From positions 59 to 64,058 of the forward strand of contig CAJOMC010000012.1 of NCBI GenBank assembly GCA_905235635.1: DNA of 64,000 nucleotides. Reading direction: 5' to 3'. Of this stretch, positions 1 to 10,217 are shown in pieces (positions within the stretch are counted from its first letter, which is position 1; each line of letters starts with the position of its first letter). This DNA comes from an uncultured Bacilli bacterium (lineage in GTDB: Bacteria; Bacillota_I; Bacilli_A; Izemoplasmatales; UBA1188). The notes under the pieces were generated by a model. It saw nothing but the letters and a program-made list of their open reading frames with translations, was not told the origin of the DNA and did not search any database. The translations under genes and the position numbers were made by a program.

Positions 1-315
1 TAAACATGCATTATTTTAAAATTACTAAAAATTATTCTTGACTATTTATAGTTAAGTCCTCCATAATGTATTTCCATATTGATTATAACAAATCCCCTAT
101 CCAATATCAACTAATTTATAAATATTTTTATCAGTATATTTATAGACAATCTTTAGTATTTCGTATGATTATTAAGCATTTCTTTGATTTTTTTCTAGAA
201 TCATTTCAAACTTGATGTCAAAAATTTTGGCCTTAAGACTATGCTCTTTCACTGATTTTAATAGTCAATCAATTACTTCTCCCCACAAGTAGTAAACTGT
301 TTTACTATGTACAAA

Positions 316-337
316 TAAAAATGGGCCAAAGCCCATT
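316..337 (-). terminator. Rho-independent terminator ending the aro operon
   Basis: Stem aatgggc (320-326) / gcccatt (331-337), loop caaa. On the minus strand it is followed by tttatttgt. It lies 4 nt past the stop of ORF 342-1400. Confidence 0.7.
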
Positions 338-341
338 AATA

Positions 342-1400
342 TTATTCATTTTCGTATTTCTTATTAATTATTCTTAATTCTTCTGCGATTTCAAGAAGCA
401 GTGTTTCTGTCTTTTCAAAACCGAGGCAGGGATCAGTGATAGATTTACCATATATTCCATCACCTACGTTTTGGGAACCATCAAGTAGATATGATTCAAT
501 CATTAATCCTTTTACTATTTTATGAATTGATGGATTTACTTTAATTGAATGAATTACTTCTTTTGCGATTCTTACCTGTTCTAGGCACTCTTTATTAGAG
601 TTAGAGTGGTTACAGTCTACTATAATCGCAGGATTCTTAAAATGGTCATTATCATATAGTTTCGATAAACTATTTAAAGTTTCATAGTGATAATTAGGAA
701 TATTGCGCCCATCTTCATCTTGATATCCTCTTAAGATAGCGTGAGTGTATTCATTACCACATGTGTCTACTTCCCAACCTCTATAGATAAAAGTTTGAGG
801 TTTCTCTGCTGCATTTATCGCATTAAGCATTATTGTGATATCGCCAGATGTAGGGTTTTTCATGCCTACAGGTATATCTAGGCCTGATGCGGTTAATCTA
901 TGGAGTTGATCTTCTACTGACCTTGCGCCTACAGCGACATATGAGATTAAATCATCAAGATATTCATGATTTTCAGGGTATAGCATTTCATCAGCCGTAG
1001 AGAAGTGAGTTTGTCTTAATACTTCCATATGAAGTTTTCTAATAGATATTAATCCTTTAATCATATCAGGATCTCTTGTTGGGTCAGGTTGATGAAGCAT
1101 ACCTTTATATCCTACACCTCTTGTCCTTGGTTTATTTGTATATACTCTTGGGACAATCATGATGACATCTTTAATCTTTTCATATACTTCTTTTAGTTTA
1201 TTCATATATTCAAGTACCGCATCTTCTCTATCTGCGCTACATGGACCTATGATAAGTAAAAACTTATTACTTTCACCAGTAAATATTTTCTTAATTTCTT
1301 CATCGTTATGTTTCTTTATTTCTATAAGTTCATCACTTAAAGGATACATATTTTTAAGTTCTTTAGTTGATGGAAGCTCTCTTTTAAATACCATATTCAT
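342..1400 (-). CDS. aroG: 3-deoxy-7-phosphoheptulonate (DAHP) synthase, class I alpha (AroG/F/H type)
   Basis: 352 aa. Colinear with E. coli AroG: IIGPCSA, RVYTNKPRT..GYKG, GARSVEDQLHR, PVGMKNPTSG, DCNHSNS, YGKSITDPC. Confidence 0.9.
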   Translation of the reverse strand: MNMVFKRELPSTKELKNMYPLSDELIEIKKHNDEEIKKIFTGESNKFLLIIGPCSADREDAVLEYMNKLKEVYEKIKDVIMIVPRVYTNKPRTRGVGYKGMLHQPDPTRDPDMIKGLISIRKLHMEVLRQTHFSTADEMLYPENHEYLDDLISYVAVGARSVEDQLHRLTASGLDIPVGMKNPTSGDITIMLNAINAAEKPQTFIYRGWEVDTCGNEYTHAILRGYQDEDGRNIPNYHYETLNSLSKLYDNDHFKNPAIIVDCNHSNSNKECLEQVRIAKEVIHSIKVNPSIHKIVKGLMIESYLLDGSQNVGDGIYGKSITDPCLGFEKTETLLLEIAEELRIINKKYENE

Positions 1401-1405
1401 AATAA

Positions 1406-2257
1406 TTACTCACCTTTATTGAAATGTTTTCTTCTTTCAGTTGAAAGACGCATCTTGTCTTTCAACTCTTCTATCTTATCATTTTTGATTAATTCTTTAA
1501 TATTATTTAATTCATCAATAAATAAATCTATCTGTTTAATTAATTCTTCTTTGTTTAAGAAGAATAATTCACTCCACATATCTTCATTAATATTTGCGAT
1601 ACGTGTTAAATCTCTAAATGAATCACCAGTATATTTTTCAAGATGGGTTTTATCTTGCGCTGTCATGAGCGCAACCGCGATTAAATGAGTTAATTGAGAT
1701 AGATATGCAATCATTGAGTCATGTTCTTCTGGAGATAAAATAGAGATATTCTTAAATCCTAAATCTAATCCTAATTCTTTAATCACATCTATTGCCCTAG
1801 GATTTGTAGATTCAATAGGTGTAATTATAAAGTTACTCCCTATAAATAAGTCTTCTTTAGAATTCTTTATTCCATATACTTCCCTCCCCGCCATAGGGTG
1901 AGACCCCACAAATGAAACATTCTTATCTTTTAAGATTTCATCTACTTTATAGACTATCTCTTTTTTAACACCTGTGACATCAGTTATAACCGCACCATCT
2001 TTAATATAATCTTTATATTCATTAAGCCAATCAAGTAATACATGGGGGTAAAGTCCAAATACTATTAAATCAAATCTAGATACAAATTCTTTACTGACAT
2101 TAGTATCACCATAATCGATAATACCTTCATTAATCGCATATTCAATTGTTTCTTTTGATCTTGAGATGGCATAGACTTTATAACCCTTTGACTTAAGTCT
2201 TTTGGCGTATGAACCACCGATTAATCCAAGCCCTACTATTAATACTTCTTTATTCAT
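1406..2257 (-). CDS. tyrA: Prephenate dehydrogenase
   Basis: 283 aa. N-terminal NAD fold VGLGLIGGSYA and GSHPMAG motif. Sits inside the aro operon and overlaps aroA by 8 nt. Confidence 0.85.
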   Translation of the reverse strand: MNKEVLIVGLGLIGGSYAKRLKSKGYKVYAISRSKETIEYAINEGIIDYGDTNVSKEFVSRFDLIVFGLYPHVLLDWLNEYKDYIKDGAVITDVTGVKKEIVYKVDEILKDKNVSFVGSHPMAGREVYGIKNSKEDLFIGSNFIITPIESTNPRAIDVIKELGLDLGFKNISILSPEEHDSMIAYLSQLTHLIAVALMTAQDKTHLEKYTGDSFRDLTRIANINEDMWSELFFLNKEELIKQIDLFIDELNNIKELIKNDKIEELKDKMRLSTERRKHFNKGE

Positions 2258-3452
2258 AAGATACCTCTAGTCCTAGCCTATTTAGTTCTCTAAAATAGTT
2301 AGGATAGCTTTTATTTATTGCGATATAGTTTTCGATTATTATATCCATTTTACTAGATAGAAGTGATAGTGCCATAACTATTCTATGGTCATTATGAGAA
2401 TCGAAAACTATATTATCTTTTAATTTAATATCATTTAAAACTTCAATGGAGTCAACTTCTATATTGATAGTTACACCTATCTTAGATAATTCATCTTTTA
2501 TAGACTCACCTCTACTTGATTCTTTATCCTTGAGCCTTTTTGTGTGAATGAATTTAGCGCCACACTTAAGTGCGGCATACACCATTAATACTGGAGCTAA
2601 ATCAATATTATTAGATAAATCTATTACGCTATATCCTTTATCAAGTACATCTATATATTCTATTACTCTTTTATCTCCTTGAAGAGAATCTTTATTTAAC
2701 CCTTTAATATCTATATTAGATGAAAGATGGGAAAAGGCCATAAATGGCGCTATATTAGAATAATCTCCTTCAATAATATTAATATTATTAGAAGAATATT
2801 TTTGATTACCTTTAATATAGAATTTATTGTCAGTTATTCTATCAATTCTAATATTAAAGTGTTTAAGTACATCTAGTGTTAAATCTATGTATGATGATGA
2901 TTCAAGTGGTTCTATTACTTCTATTGTGCTATCTAAACTAAGGAGCGGGAGCGCAAAGAGTAGCCCTGAAATATATTGACTAGAGGTATTACCATTAATA
3001 ATATAGTTCCCTGGCTTAAGACCACCTTTAAATATGATTCTATCCTCAAGTGGTGTAATAGTTACACCTGCTTTAGATAGTTCTCTTTCGTATTCTTTAA
3101 TACCTCTTTCAATTAATTTAGTAGTACCAGTAAATACTACTCTATCATAATATACAAGAGATAGTGGTATCAAAAACCTTAACGTTGAGCCAGACTCATT
3201 GGCGTTTAGTACTGGTATATAACTTTGGTGAGTAAATGAATTAAATGTCACAGTGTCTTTATCTTGAGTGAAATTAAAACCTAAGGCTTTAAGGCAAGAT
3301 AAAGTAGCGATTATATCATCGCTATAAGATATATTCTTAACCACATTATTTAATCCTAAGGCAGATGCGATTAAGTATCTATGTGACATTGATTTAGATG
3401 GTGGGGCAGTAATAGTTCCATCCATTAAACCTTTTTTAATTCTTACTCTCAC
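2250..3452 (-). CDS. aroA: 3-phosphoshikimate 1-carboxyvinyltransferase (EPSP synthase)
   Basis: 400 aa. PPSKSMSHRYLIASAL and NESGSTLRFL motifs typical of EPSP synthase. Confidence 0.9.
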   Translation of the reverse strand: MRVRIKKGLMDGTITAPPSKSMSHRYLIASALGLNNVVKNISYSDDIIATLSCLKALGFNFTQDKDTVTFNSFTHQSYIPVLNANESGSTLRFLIPLSLVYYDRVVFTGTTKLIERGIKEYERELSKAGVTITPLEDRIIFKGGLKPGNYIINGNTSSQYISGLLFALPLLSLDSTIEVIEPLESSSYIDLTLDVLKHFNIRIDRITDNKFYIKGNQKYSSNNINIIEGDYSNIAPFMAFSHLSSNIDIKGLNKDSLQGDKRVIEYIDVLDKGYSVIDLSNNIDLAPVLMVYAALKCGAKFIHTKRLKDKESSRGESIKDELSKIGVTINIEVDSIEVLNDIKLKDNIVFDSHNDHRIVMALSLLSSKMDIIIENYIAINKSYPNYFRELNRLGLEVSYE

Positions 3453-3876
3453 TTTCTTTTAAATAATCTAGTGCTTCAGTGTATGAAGCAAATCCTTTTC
3501 CTTTTATTGTCTTTTCTGCGACTAAAGATATATATGATATCTTTCTAAAATCTTCTCTTTTATCTATATCAGTTAAATGAACTTCTATAGTCTTAATGGA
3601 TGTAGATTTAATCGCATCCATAAGCGCAATTGATGTGTGGGTTAATCCACCTGCGTTAATAATAATTCCATCTACTTTATTAAAATAGGCTTCTTGGAGT
3701 TTATCAATCAAATCTCCTTCGTGATTTGATTGATATACCTCTACATCTATATTGAGAGATTTTGCGTGTTCATTAATAAGGTTTACTAAATCATTATATG
3801 TTTCAGTACCATATAATTCTTTTTCTCTTATTCCTATAAAGTTAATATTTGGTCCATTAATAACTAATACTTTCAT
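3436..3876 (-). CDS. aroQ: Type II 3-dehydroquinate dehydratase
   Basis: 146 aa. INGPNINFIGIRE, QSNHEGDLID and INAGGLTHTSIAL motifs. Confidence 0.9.
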   Translation of the reverse strand: MKVLVINGPNINFIGIREKELYGTETYNDLVNLINEHAKSLNIDVEVYQSNHEGDLIDKLQEAYFNKVDGIIINAGGLTHTSIALMDAIKSTSIKTIEVHLTDIDKREDFRKISYISLVAEKTIKGKGFASYTEALDYLKESESKN

Positions 3877-5110
3877 TTATAAATATCCTCAGAGTATCAT
3901 TTACTACATCATTAATATCCCTATCATTTTTAATGATGTAGTCACTATATTTTTTATATAAATCAATTCTTTCAGTGTACTTCTTCTTAAGTGCTTCAGT
4001 GTCGCTTGATAGAGGTCTATCACTTGATGGATAGAGTAATTTAAGAGGTCTATCAATAAAGAAGATAATACTATTTTCTTTTAAATATCTCATATTTATA
4101 TCTCTTGTGATTACACCACCACCAGTTGATATAATATAAGATCTTAAATCTTTTAAGTCTTTAACCGCAAGGGTTTCAAGATCCCTAAATTTATCTTCCC
4201 CAAATTCTTTAATATATTCAGGAATATTAATATTATTCTTTTCTTCGACATATGAATCTATATCTATATATGGTCTATTTAAGACCTTAGATATTTTTTT
4301 AGCTATAGTGGATTTACCACATGTGGGCATACCGATTAATACTATATTTAGTTTTTCTTTAACTAGTTTAGATAGATATTTATCTACTTCTTCTTTTTTA
4401 AGTTCTATCTCTTTAAAATACCTCATCGCATCAACTGCCTGAGCGATTAGCATATAGATACCACCTATAGCTTTAATCCCTAAAGATTCTGCCTCTATGA
4501 GGAGTGGGGTTTTAAGGGGATTATAGATTAAATCAAACACTACTATTAATTTAGTGAATTTATCTAATTCAATTAATCTCTTATAGTCTCTATGATACAT
4601 ACCATTTGGTGTAGCATTTATGACCATATCAATATCACTATAGTAATTAGATATTTGATCATATGTGATATCAGCTTTTCCTTTCTCTCTTGATACAACT
4701 AGTACTTTTTTAGCTTCTAGTTTATTTAGAGTATAGACTATGGTTTTTGATGCTCCACCTGAACCTAAAACAAGTACAGTTTTGCCTTTAACATCAACAT
4801 TATAATGACTAAAGGTTTCTATAATACCAGTTATATCTGAGTTATAACCATATAGTTTATTATCTTTATTTATTACTATATTCACTGAATGCATAGCCTT
4901 TGCATCACTAGAAATATGATCAAGGTATGGGATAACTTTTTCTTTATATGGGATTGTGACGTTTATGGCTTTAAAGGATTTTTCTTTCATAAAGGCATCA
5001 AAAATATCTTGAGATAAATCACATATATCATATGTATATCCCCCAAGTGTTTCATGAATATCCTTACTGTATGAATGAGAAATTCTTTCTCCAATTAAGC
5101 CATATTCCAT
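3857..5110 (-). CDS. aroE: Bifunctional shikimate dehydrogenase / shikimate kinase fusion (AroE-AroK)
   Basis: 417 aa. The N-terminal ~250 aa are AroE-like (GLIGERISHSYSK, NVTIPYK, LGSGGASK). The C-terminal ~160 aa are shikimate kinase-like (IGMPTCGKSTI Walker A, FRDLE, STGGGV). Confidence 0.85.
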   Translation of the reverse strand: MEYGLIGERISHSYSKDIHETLGGYTYDICDLSQDIFDAFMKEKSFKAINVTIPYKEKVIPYLDHISSDAKAMHSVNIVINKDNKLYGYNSDITGIIETFSHYNVDVKGKTVLVLGSGGASKTIVYTLNKLEAKKVLVVSREKGKADITYDQISNYYSDIDMVINATPNGMYHRDYKRLIELDKFTKLIVVFDLIYNPLKTPLLIEAESLGIKAIGGIYMLIAQAVDAMRYFKEIELKKEEVDKYLSKLVKEKLNIVLIGMPTCGKSTIAKKISKVLNRPYIDIDSYVEEKNNINIPEYIKEFGEDKFRDLETLAVKDLKDLRSYIISTGGGVITRDINMRYLKENSIIFFIDRPLKLLYPSSDRPLSSDTEALKKKYTERIDLYKKYSDYIIKNDRDINDVVNDTLRIFINESISY

Positions 5111-6198
5111 TATTTAAGCGCTCTTCTTCCTTCTTCTTCCATTAGCATATCCGCAATAACAAATGCGGTTAAAGATCTAACTATTACTGATGCCCTTCTT
5201 ACGATACATGGGTCATGGCGGCCAGTTAAATTAATAGTTACATCTTTCATCTCTTTTAGATTAACAGTATCAAGTGGCTTAAAGATTGATGCGGTAGGAC
5301 GCATCGCAAGTCTAAAGACTAAAGGCATTGAGTTTGTAAGCCCACCATTTATACCACCATTATTATTTGTCTTAGTTTTAACTTCATTATTCTTTAGATA
5401 ATATGAATCATTAGCTTGACTACCTAGTGATTTAGAGAAGTTAAAACCTAAACCAAATTCAATTCCTTTTACTCCTGGGATAGAAAACATTGCCTCTGAG
5501 ATCTTTGATTCAACACTATTAAAATATGGTGAACCAAGACCAGCCTTTAATCCAATAGCGACAGTTTCAATTACTCCACCAATAGAATCAGAATCTTCTT
5601 TTACTTTTTCAATTAGTGATTCCATCTCATCTTTCTTATCACCAAGTACAGGGAAATCCATTTCATTTAGTTTATCAAGTTCTTCTTTGGTTGGATCAAT
5701 TCCTAAACTAGGTGCTTCTATATCACCAATTGATTTAATATATGATGTGATTACTATTCCTTTATCTTCAAGTGCTTTAAGAATAATTCCACCTAAAGCA
5801 ACAATTGGGGCGGTAAGACGCGCAGATGCGTGTCCTCCTCCACGATAGTCAGCATATCCATCACTAAAGATAAATTTAGTAAAGTCTGCGTGCGATGGAC
5901 GAGGAGTATCTTTTAGTAATTCATAGTCTTTTGAATGAGTATTATTGTTTTTAATGAGTACTGTGATTGGTTCACCAGTAGTAAAGCCATTAAAAATACC
6001 ACTTATAAATTCAATAGAATCTTCTTCATATCTTCCTGTCTCATAGCTCTTTGGTTTTCTTTTAGACATTAGGTCTTTTATATAGTCATAGTCTATCTTA
6101 AGGCCAGGGGTTATACCATCAAGTGTCGCACCTATATAATCACCGTGTGATTCACCAAATAGTGTTAGTTTTAAGTTATCGCCTATAGTGTTACTCAT
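5110..6198 (-). CDS. aroC: Chorismate synthase
   Basis: 362 aa. LFGESHG, RPSHAD, GGGHASAR and GRHDPC motifs. Confidence 0.92.
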   Translation of the reverse strand: MSNTIGDNLKLTLFGESHGDYIGATLDGITPGLKIDYDYIKDLMSKRKPKSYETGRYEEDSIEFISGIFNGFTTGEPITVLIKNNNTHSKDYELLKDTPRPSHADFTKFIFSDGYADYRGGGHASARLTAPIVALGGIILKALEDKGIVITSYIKSIGDIEAPSLGIDPTKEELDKLNEMDFPVLGDKKDEMESLIEKVKEDSDSIGGVIETVAIGLKAGLGSPYFNSVESKISEAMFSIPGVKGIEFGLGFNFSKSLGSQANDSYYLKNNEVKTKTNNNGGINGGLTNSMPLVFRLAMRPTASIFKPLDTVNLKEMKDVTINLTGRHDPCIVRRASVIVRSLTAFVIADMLMEEEGRRALK

Positions 6199-7463
6199 AA
6201 TAGTTCACCTATTTCACTTAAAGATAGATAATCTATCTTATAAGTGCCTATTTCGTCTACTTTTATTACTTTTATTTTATCGTTTTCACTCTTCTTGTCG
6301 TGAGAGATTAAAGATAGGATTTCATTTTTATCATATTCATATGGATTATTGAGATTATATTTATCTAAAACTTTTATTAATCTTTCTTTTACGTCTTTTG
6401 ATGAAAAATATAACATGCCTAAGGCAATGGCCTCACCATGAAGAAGCGATCCTTTTGAAGATGATTCGAAGGCATGTCCTATTGTATGGCCAAAATTAAG
6501 CACAGACCTTAGACCTTTTTCCTTTGCGTCTATTTCTACTACTTTAGCCTTTATCTTAATTGATTCATAGATAACTTTATCGATATCTTTATAGATATCG
6601 TTAGAGTTTTCTATTAATGAGAAAAGGTCAGGGTTGAATGTTGAAGCCATTTTAATTGCTTCCGCAAGACCTGCGTTAAATTCTCTTATTGGTAGTGTAC
6701 TTAAAAGATTAGGATCGATTAATATGGCTTTTGGCGAGAAGAATGAACCAACTATATTCTTTACACCATTAAAATCGATTCCTGTTTTGCCACCAACGGA
6801 AGAATCAACCATTGAAAGTAGTGATGTAGGTATATTATAAAAATCGATGCCTCTCATATATGTTGATGCGGCAAATCCTGATAAATCCCCTGTGACTCCA
6901 CCACCAAGTGCGATTATAGCGTCATGTCTATTAAAATTGTTTTCAAGTAAGAATTTTTCTATAGATAGATATGTTTCAATTGATTTAGATTTTTCTCCTG
7001 CCTCAAATATGAATACATATGAATCTTTAATTTGAGTGCGAACTATCTCTATATATTCTTTTGGAATATTTGAGTCAGAAATAATTAATATTTTTCTATT
7101 TTCTATATCAATATACTCTTTGATTCTATAGATGATGGAGCGTCCTATATGAATATCATATTTGCCCTTTACATGAATAACATTATTTCCTATAGAACTT
7201 ATGATTAATGATTGGTATTCCTTAGATAGTTCTATTTCATTTTTTAAGAAATCTATGTAATATTCTTTAATTTCATCATTAGAAATATATGAAACATTCT
7301 TTTTTATTAGTGCTTCTTCTCTATCTTTATTTAAAATGGGAAGGCCTTCTTTCATCTTTATGTCCGCAATGGCTTTAACTTCCACCATTCTTTCTTCAAA
7401 AAGATGAGCCATCTTTTTATCTATTTCGTTTATAGATTCTCTTCTTTTATCTAGTTCACTCAT
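6195..7463 (-). CDS. aroB: Chorismate mutase (AroQ class) fused to 3-dehydroquinate synthase
   Basis: 422 aa. The N-terminal ~85 aa form a CM_2-like helical domain (RRESINEIDKKMAHLFEERM..NKDREEALI). The rest is AroB-like (GGGVTGDLSGFAA, VDSSVGGKTGI, NFGHTIGHA). Confidence 0.85.
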   Translation of the reverse strand: MSELDKRRESINEIDKKMAHLFEERMVEVKAIADIKMKEGLPILNKDREEALIKKNVSYISNDEIKEYYIDFLKNEIELSKEYQSLIISSIGNNVIHVKGKYDIHIGRSIIYRIKEYIDIENRKILIISDSNIPKEYIEIVRTQIKDSYVFIFEAGEKSKSIETYLSIEKFLLENNFNRHDAIIALGGGVTGDLSGFAASTYMRGIDFYNIPTSLLSMVDSSVGGKTGIDFNGVKNIVGSFFSPKAILIDPNLLSTLPIREFNAGLAEAIKMASTFNPDLFSLIENSNDIYKDIDKVIYESIKIKAKVVEIDAKEKGLRSVLNFGHTIGHAFESSSKGSLLHGEAIALGMLYFSSKDVKERLIKVLDKYNLNNPYEYDKNEILSLISHDKKSENDKIKVIKVDEIGTYKIDYLSLSEIGELL

Positions 7464-8650
7464 TTTAGTGCCTCATAGTGTTCCATAAGTTTTTTAAATG
7501 CAGGAATAGATCTTTCAATCATATCTTTTTTAACGCAATAGGCTATTCTTACATAGCCTTTTGCGCCAAATGAATCACTCGGAACGAGATATAAATTATA
7601 CTCTTTTGCGATATTTATGAATTTTACCGCATCACTCTCAAGCGCTTTTAAATATAGATAAAATGCACCACTTGAATTCGCAAATTCATATCCAAGCTTC
7701 TTTAGTTCTTTTGTGAGGTAATCTCTATTATCTTTATATTCGCTCATGTTTGATGTATGTCCTAAAACATAAGGAATAAGTTTTTGGAATAAGGATGATT
7801 GACAGATATAGCCAAGGGCGCGTCCTGCGCCACATACCGCATAAAACACATCTTTAACATTCTCCATTTTAGGTGATAAAACCAAATATCCAATTCTTTC
7901 GCCAGGAAGAGATAGACTCTTACTGAATGAGTAAGCTACTAGGGAATTATCATAGTAGTTTGTGACAAATGGATATTTAATATCATCATAGATAAGTTCT
8001 CGATATGGTTCATCGCTTAAAAGATAGATAGGATGATTGTATTCTTTTTCATATTTTCTTAAAAAGTTAGATAGCTTTATGATGATTTCTTCAGTGTATA
8101 CGGCACCAGTTGGGTTATTAGGTGAATTAATGATCACAACCTTTACCTTTTCATTCATAGAAGCTTCTAGTTTTAAAAAATCAATATCAAATGATTCGCT
8201 TGTATCTACTGGGCGAAATATTCCGCCTGATGATTCAGTGTATACTCTATATTCTGGGAAATATGGCGCAAATACAATTACCTCATCACCCTTATTTATA
8301 AGGGCGTTTAATGTGATAGTGATACCCGCTGCGGCACCCATAGTGAGATAGATATATTCATCTCTTAATGCTGCGCCATATGTTTTATTTAGATACGAGA
8401 TGATAGCTTTTTTTGTGGCTGGATCTCCAGTTGATGAGGTGTATCCGTGAAGTGATATAGGTTCTAATTCTCTAATTAGTTTAATCAATGCTTCATTTAC
8501 TACTTTTGGAGGCTCGATTGAGGGATTTCCAATAGTAAAGTCATAGACATTAGACTCGCCTATTAATGCTTTTTTACTTTTTGCCTCTTCAAAGAGTTGT
8601 CTAATGATAGATGGACTTGAGCCATATTCTTTCATTTTCTCATTTAACAT
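7460..8650 (-). CDS. Class I/II PLP-dependent aminotransferase (aspartate/aromatic type)
   Basis: 396 aa. NSPNNPTG and the PLP-lysine motif YSFSKSLSLPGERIGY. First gene of the aro operon, preceded by RBS agaggtg. Confidence 0.8.
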   Translation of the reverse strand: MLNEKMKEYGSSPSIIRQLFEEAKSKKALIGESNVYDFTIGNPSIEPPKVVNEALIKLIRELEPISLHGYTSSTGDPATKKAIISYLNKTYGAALRDEYIYLTMGAAAGITITLNALINKGDEVIVFAPYFPEYRVYTESSGGIFRPVDTSESFDIDFLKLEASMNEKVKVVIINSPNNPTGAVYTEEIIIKLSNFLRKYEKEYNHPIYLLSDEPYRELIYDDIKYPFVTNYYDNSLVAYSFSKSLSLPGERIGYLVLSPKMENVKDVFYAVCGAGRALGYICQSSLFQKLIPYVLGHTSNMSEYKDNRDYLTKELKKLGYEFANSSGAFYLYLKALESDAVKFINIAKEYNLYLVPSDSFGAKGYVRIAYCVKKDMIERSIPAFKKLMEHYEALK

Positions 8651-8743
8651 AATATCACCTCTAAAAATGATAACACAAAATCAATAATAATTTATTATTG
8701 AGTTTGTTTTTTAAGGTATTTTTCATTTTTAGTAAGAAAATAT

Positions 8744-8787
8744 TAGATCAAAAAAGAAAAATGAGAGCACTTATATCACCCTCATTT
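8744..8787 (-). terminator. Rho-independent terminator after folA
   Basis: Arms aaatgagag (8759-8767) / ccctcattt (8779-8787), with one G-U pair on the minus-strand RNA. Followed by tttttctttttt on the minus strand, about 20 nt after the folA stop. Confidence 0.6.
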
Positions 8788-8806
8788 CCCTTTATTACAA
8801 ATCTTT

Positions 8807-9274
8807 TTATTTTTTAACGTATTTTCTAAAATAAAGCACACCTTTTTGGACTTCTTCTTCTAGTTTAAATCCTGATAGGTCTAAATTTAGATAGATATCA
8901 CCATCATGTGATTCATCAATATAGGTTAAATAGATAACATCACATAGTTTATATGTCAGTTCTATTATTCCCTTGCCACCAATGATATAGTAATCATCTA
9001 ATTCTCTATTATCATTTATGAATTTGACCACATCATGAATTACCTTTACACCCTCATAAGTATAATCTGTGAGAGTTGCGATTATGGATGTCCTTTTTGG
9101 GAGTGGATGACCATTCATTTCAAGTATTGATTTGAATGTAGCTTCTCCCATAATACAGTTCTTACATAATGTTTTCTCTTTAAAGTATTTTAAATCTTCA
9201 GGATAATGCCAAGGTAGAGAATTCTTTTTCCCAAATAGGTTGTCTTTATCAATCGCAAAGATTGCGTATATCAT
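8807..9274 (-). CDS. folA: Dihydrofolate reductase
   Basis: The track ORF is 8807-9307. I chose the ATG at 9274 ([35 protein letters not shown]). It overlaps the thyA stop as ATGA (9271-9274), and the product is DHFR-sized at about 155 aa. Confidence 0.85.
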   Translation of the reverse strand: MIYAIFAIDKDNLFGKKNSLPWHYPEDLKYFKEKTLCKNCIMGEATFKSILEMNGHPLPKRTSIIATLTDYTYEGVKVIHDVVKFINDNRELDDYYIIGGKGIIELTYKLCDVIYLTYIDESHDGDIYLNLDLSGFKLEEEVQKGVLYFRKYVKK

Positions 9275-10137
9275 ACCGCAACTTCTCCCTTGATTCTTGG
9301 ATGGCATTTATAATCTTGAAGTTCAAAATCGTCTATTGTGAAATCTTCAATATTCTTTTGATCGCCATGAATTATCATCTTTGGAAGAGGATATGGTTCG
9401 CGAGTTAATTGGAGATTAACTTGATCAATGTGATTTAAGTAAATATGTGTATCTCCAATTGTATGAACAAATGACCCACACTTAAGTCCACATACTTTTG
9501 CGACCATCATTAAAAGAAGGGCATAGGATGCAATGTTAAATGGTACACCAAGGAATACATCACCACTTCTTTGGTAGAGTTGAAGAGATAACTTTCCGTC
9601 TGATACATAGAATTGGTATAAAGAGTGGCATGGTGGTAGTGCCATCTTTGGCACGTCCACAGGGTTCCAACTTGAAACAATCAATCTTCTTGAATCAGGA
9701 TTATTCTTTATTTCATTAATGATGTTTTTAAGTTGATCAACACCATTAAAGTCTCTCCACTGTTTACCATATACTGGCCCAAGATTGCCCCATTTCTTTG
9801 CGAACTCACTATCTTGTTTAATTCTTTCCGCGAATTCTTTAATAGTTTCACCCTTAAATTCACTTGATTCACTATATGTCTTATAAGGCCAATCATCCCA
9901 GATATGAACATCATTATCTACTAGGTATTTGATATTTGTATCACCTTTAATAAACCAGAGTAGTTCATGAATAATTCCTCTTAAGAATACTTTCTTAGTA
10001 GTCACAAGTGGAAAGCCTTCAGATAAATCATATCTTTCTTGTGTTCCAAAATATGAAATAGTACCTGTCCCGGTTCTATCTTCTTTCTTAGTACCGTTTT
10101 CAAGGACAGTTTTAATTAAATGTAAGTATTGTTTCAT
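9271..10137 (-). CDS. thyA: Thymidylate synthase (ThyA type)
   Basis: 288 aa. DRTGTGT, the [11 protein letters not shown] active-site Cys and [16 protein letters not shown]. Ends ..GEVAV at a TGA, as homologues do. Confidence 0.95.
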   Translation of the reverse strand: MKQYLHLIKTVLENGTKKEDRTGTGTISYFGTQERYDLSEGFPLVTTKKVFLRGIIHELLWFIKGDTNIKYLVDNDVHIWDDWPYKTYSESSEFKGETIKEFAERIKQDSEFAKKWGNLGPVYGKQWRDFNGVDQLKNIINEIKNNPDSRRLIVSSWNPVDVPKMALPPCHSLYQFYVSDGKLSLQLYQRSGDVFLGVPFNIASYALLLMMVAKVCGLKCGSFVHTIGDTHIYLNHIDQVNLQLTREPYPLPKMIIHGDQKNIEDFTIDDFELQDYKCHPRIKGEVAV

Positions 10138-10217
10138 TTAAGTACCTCTTTTTTATGATTATAACATAACCTAATTTACATTACCCATAGATTATTATTT
10201 TTTGTTAAAATAATATT

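Noticed and set aside
130-300. Protein-like minus-strand stretch VHSKTVYYLWGEVID*LLKSVKEHSLKAKIFDIKFEMILEKNQRNA*, with an in-frame TGA that would read as Trp under code 4
   Set aside because: There is no start codon, no identifiable family, and the aroG terminator truncates it. TGA is demonstrably a stop codon elsewhere in the window, so it is most likely another small relic with a TGG-to-TGA mutation. That is too weak to call as a feature.
9275-9307. N-terminal extension of folA ([11 protein letters not shown]..)
   Set aside because: It lies inside thyA. The internal ATG at 9274 gives the canonical DHFR N-terminus and an ATGA overlap with the thyA stop.
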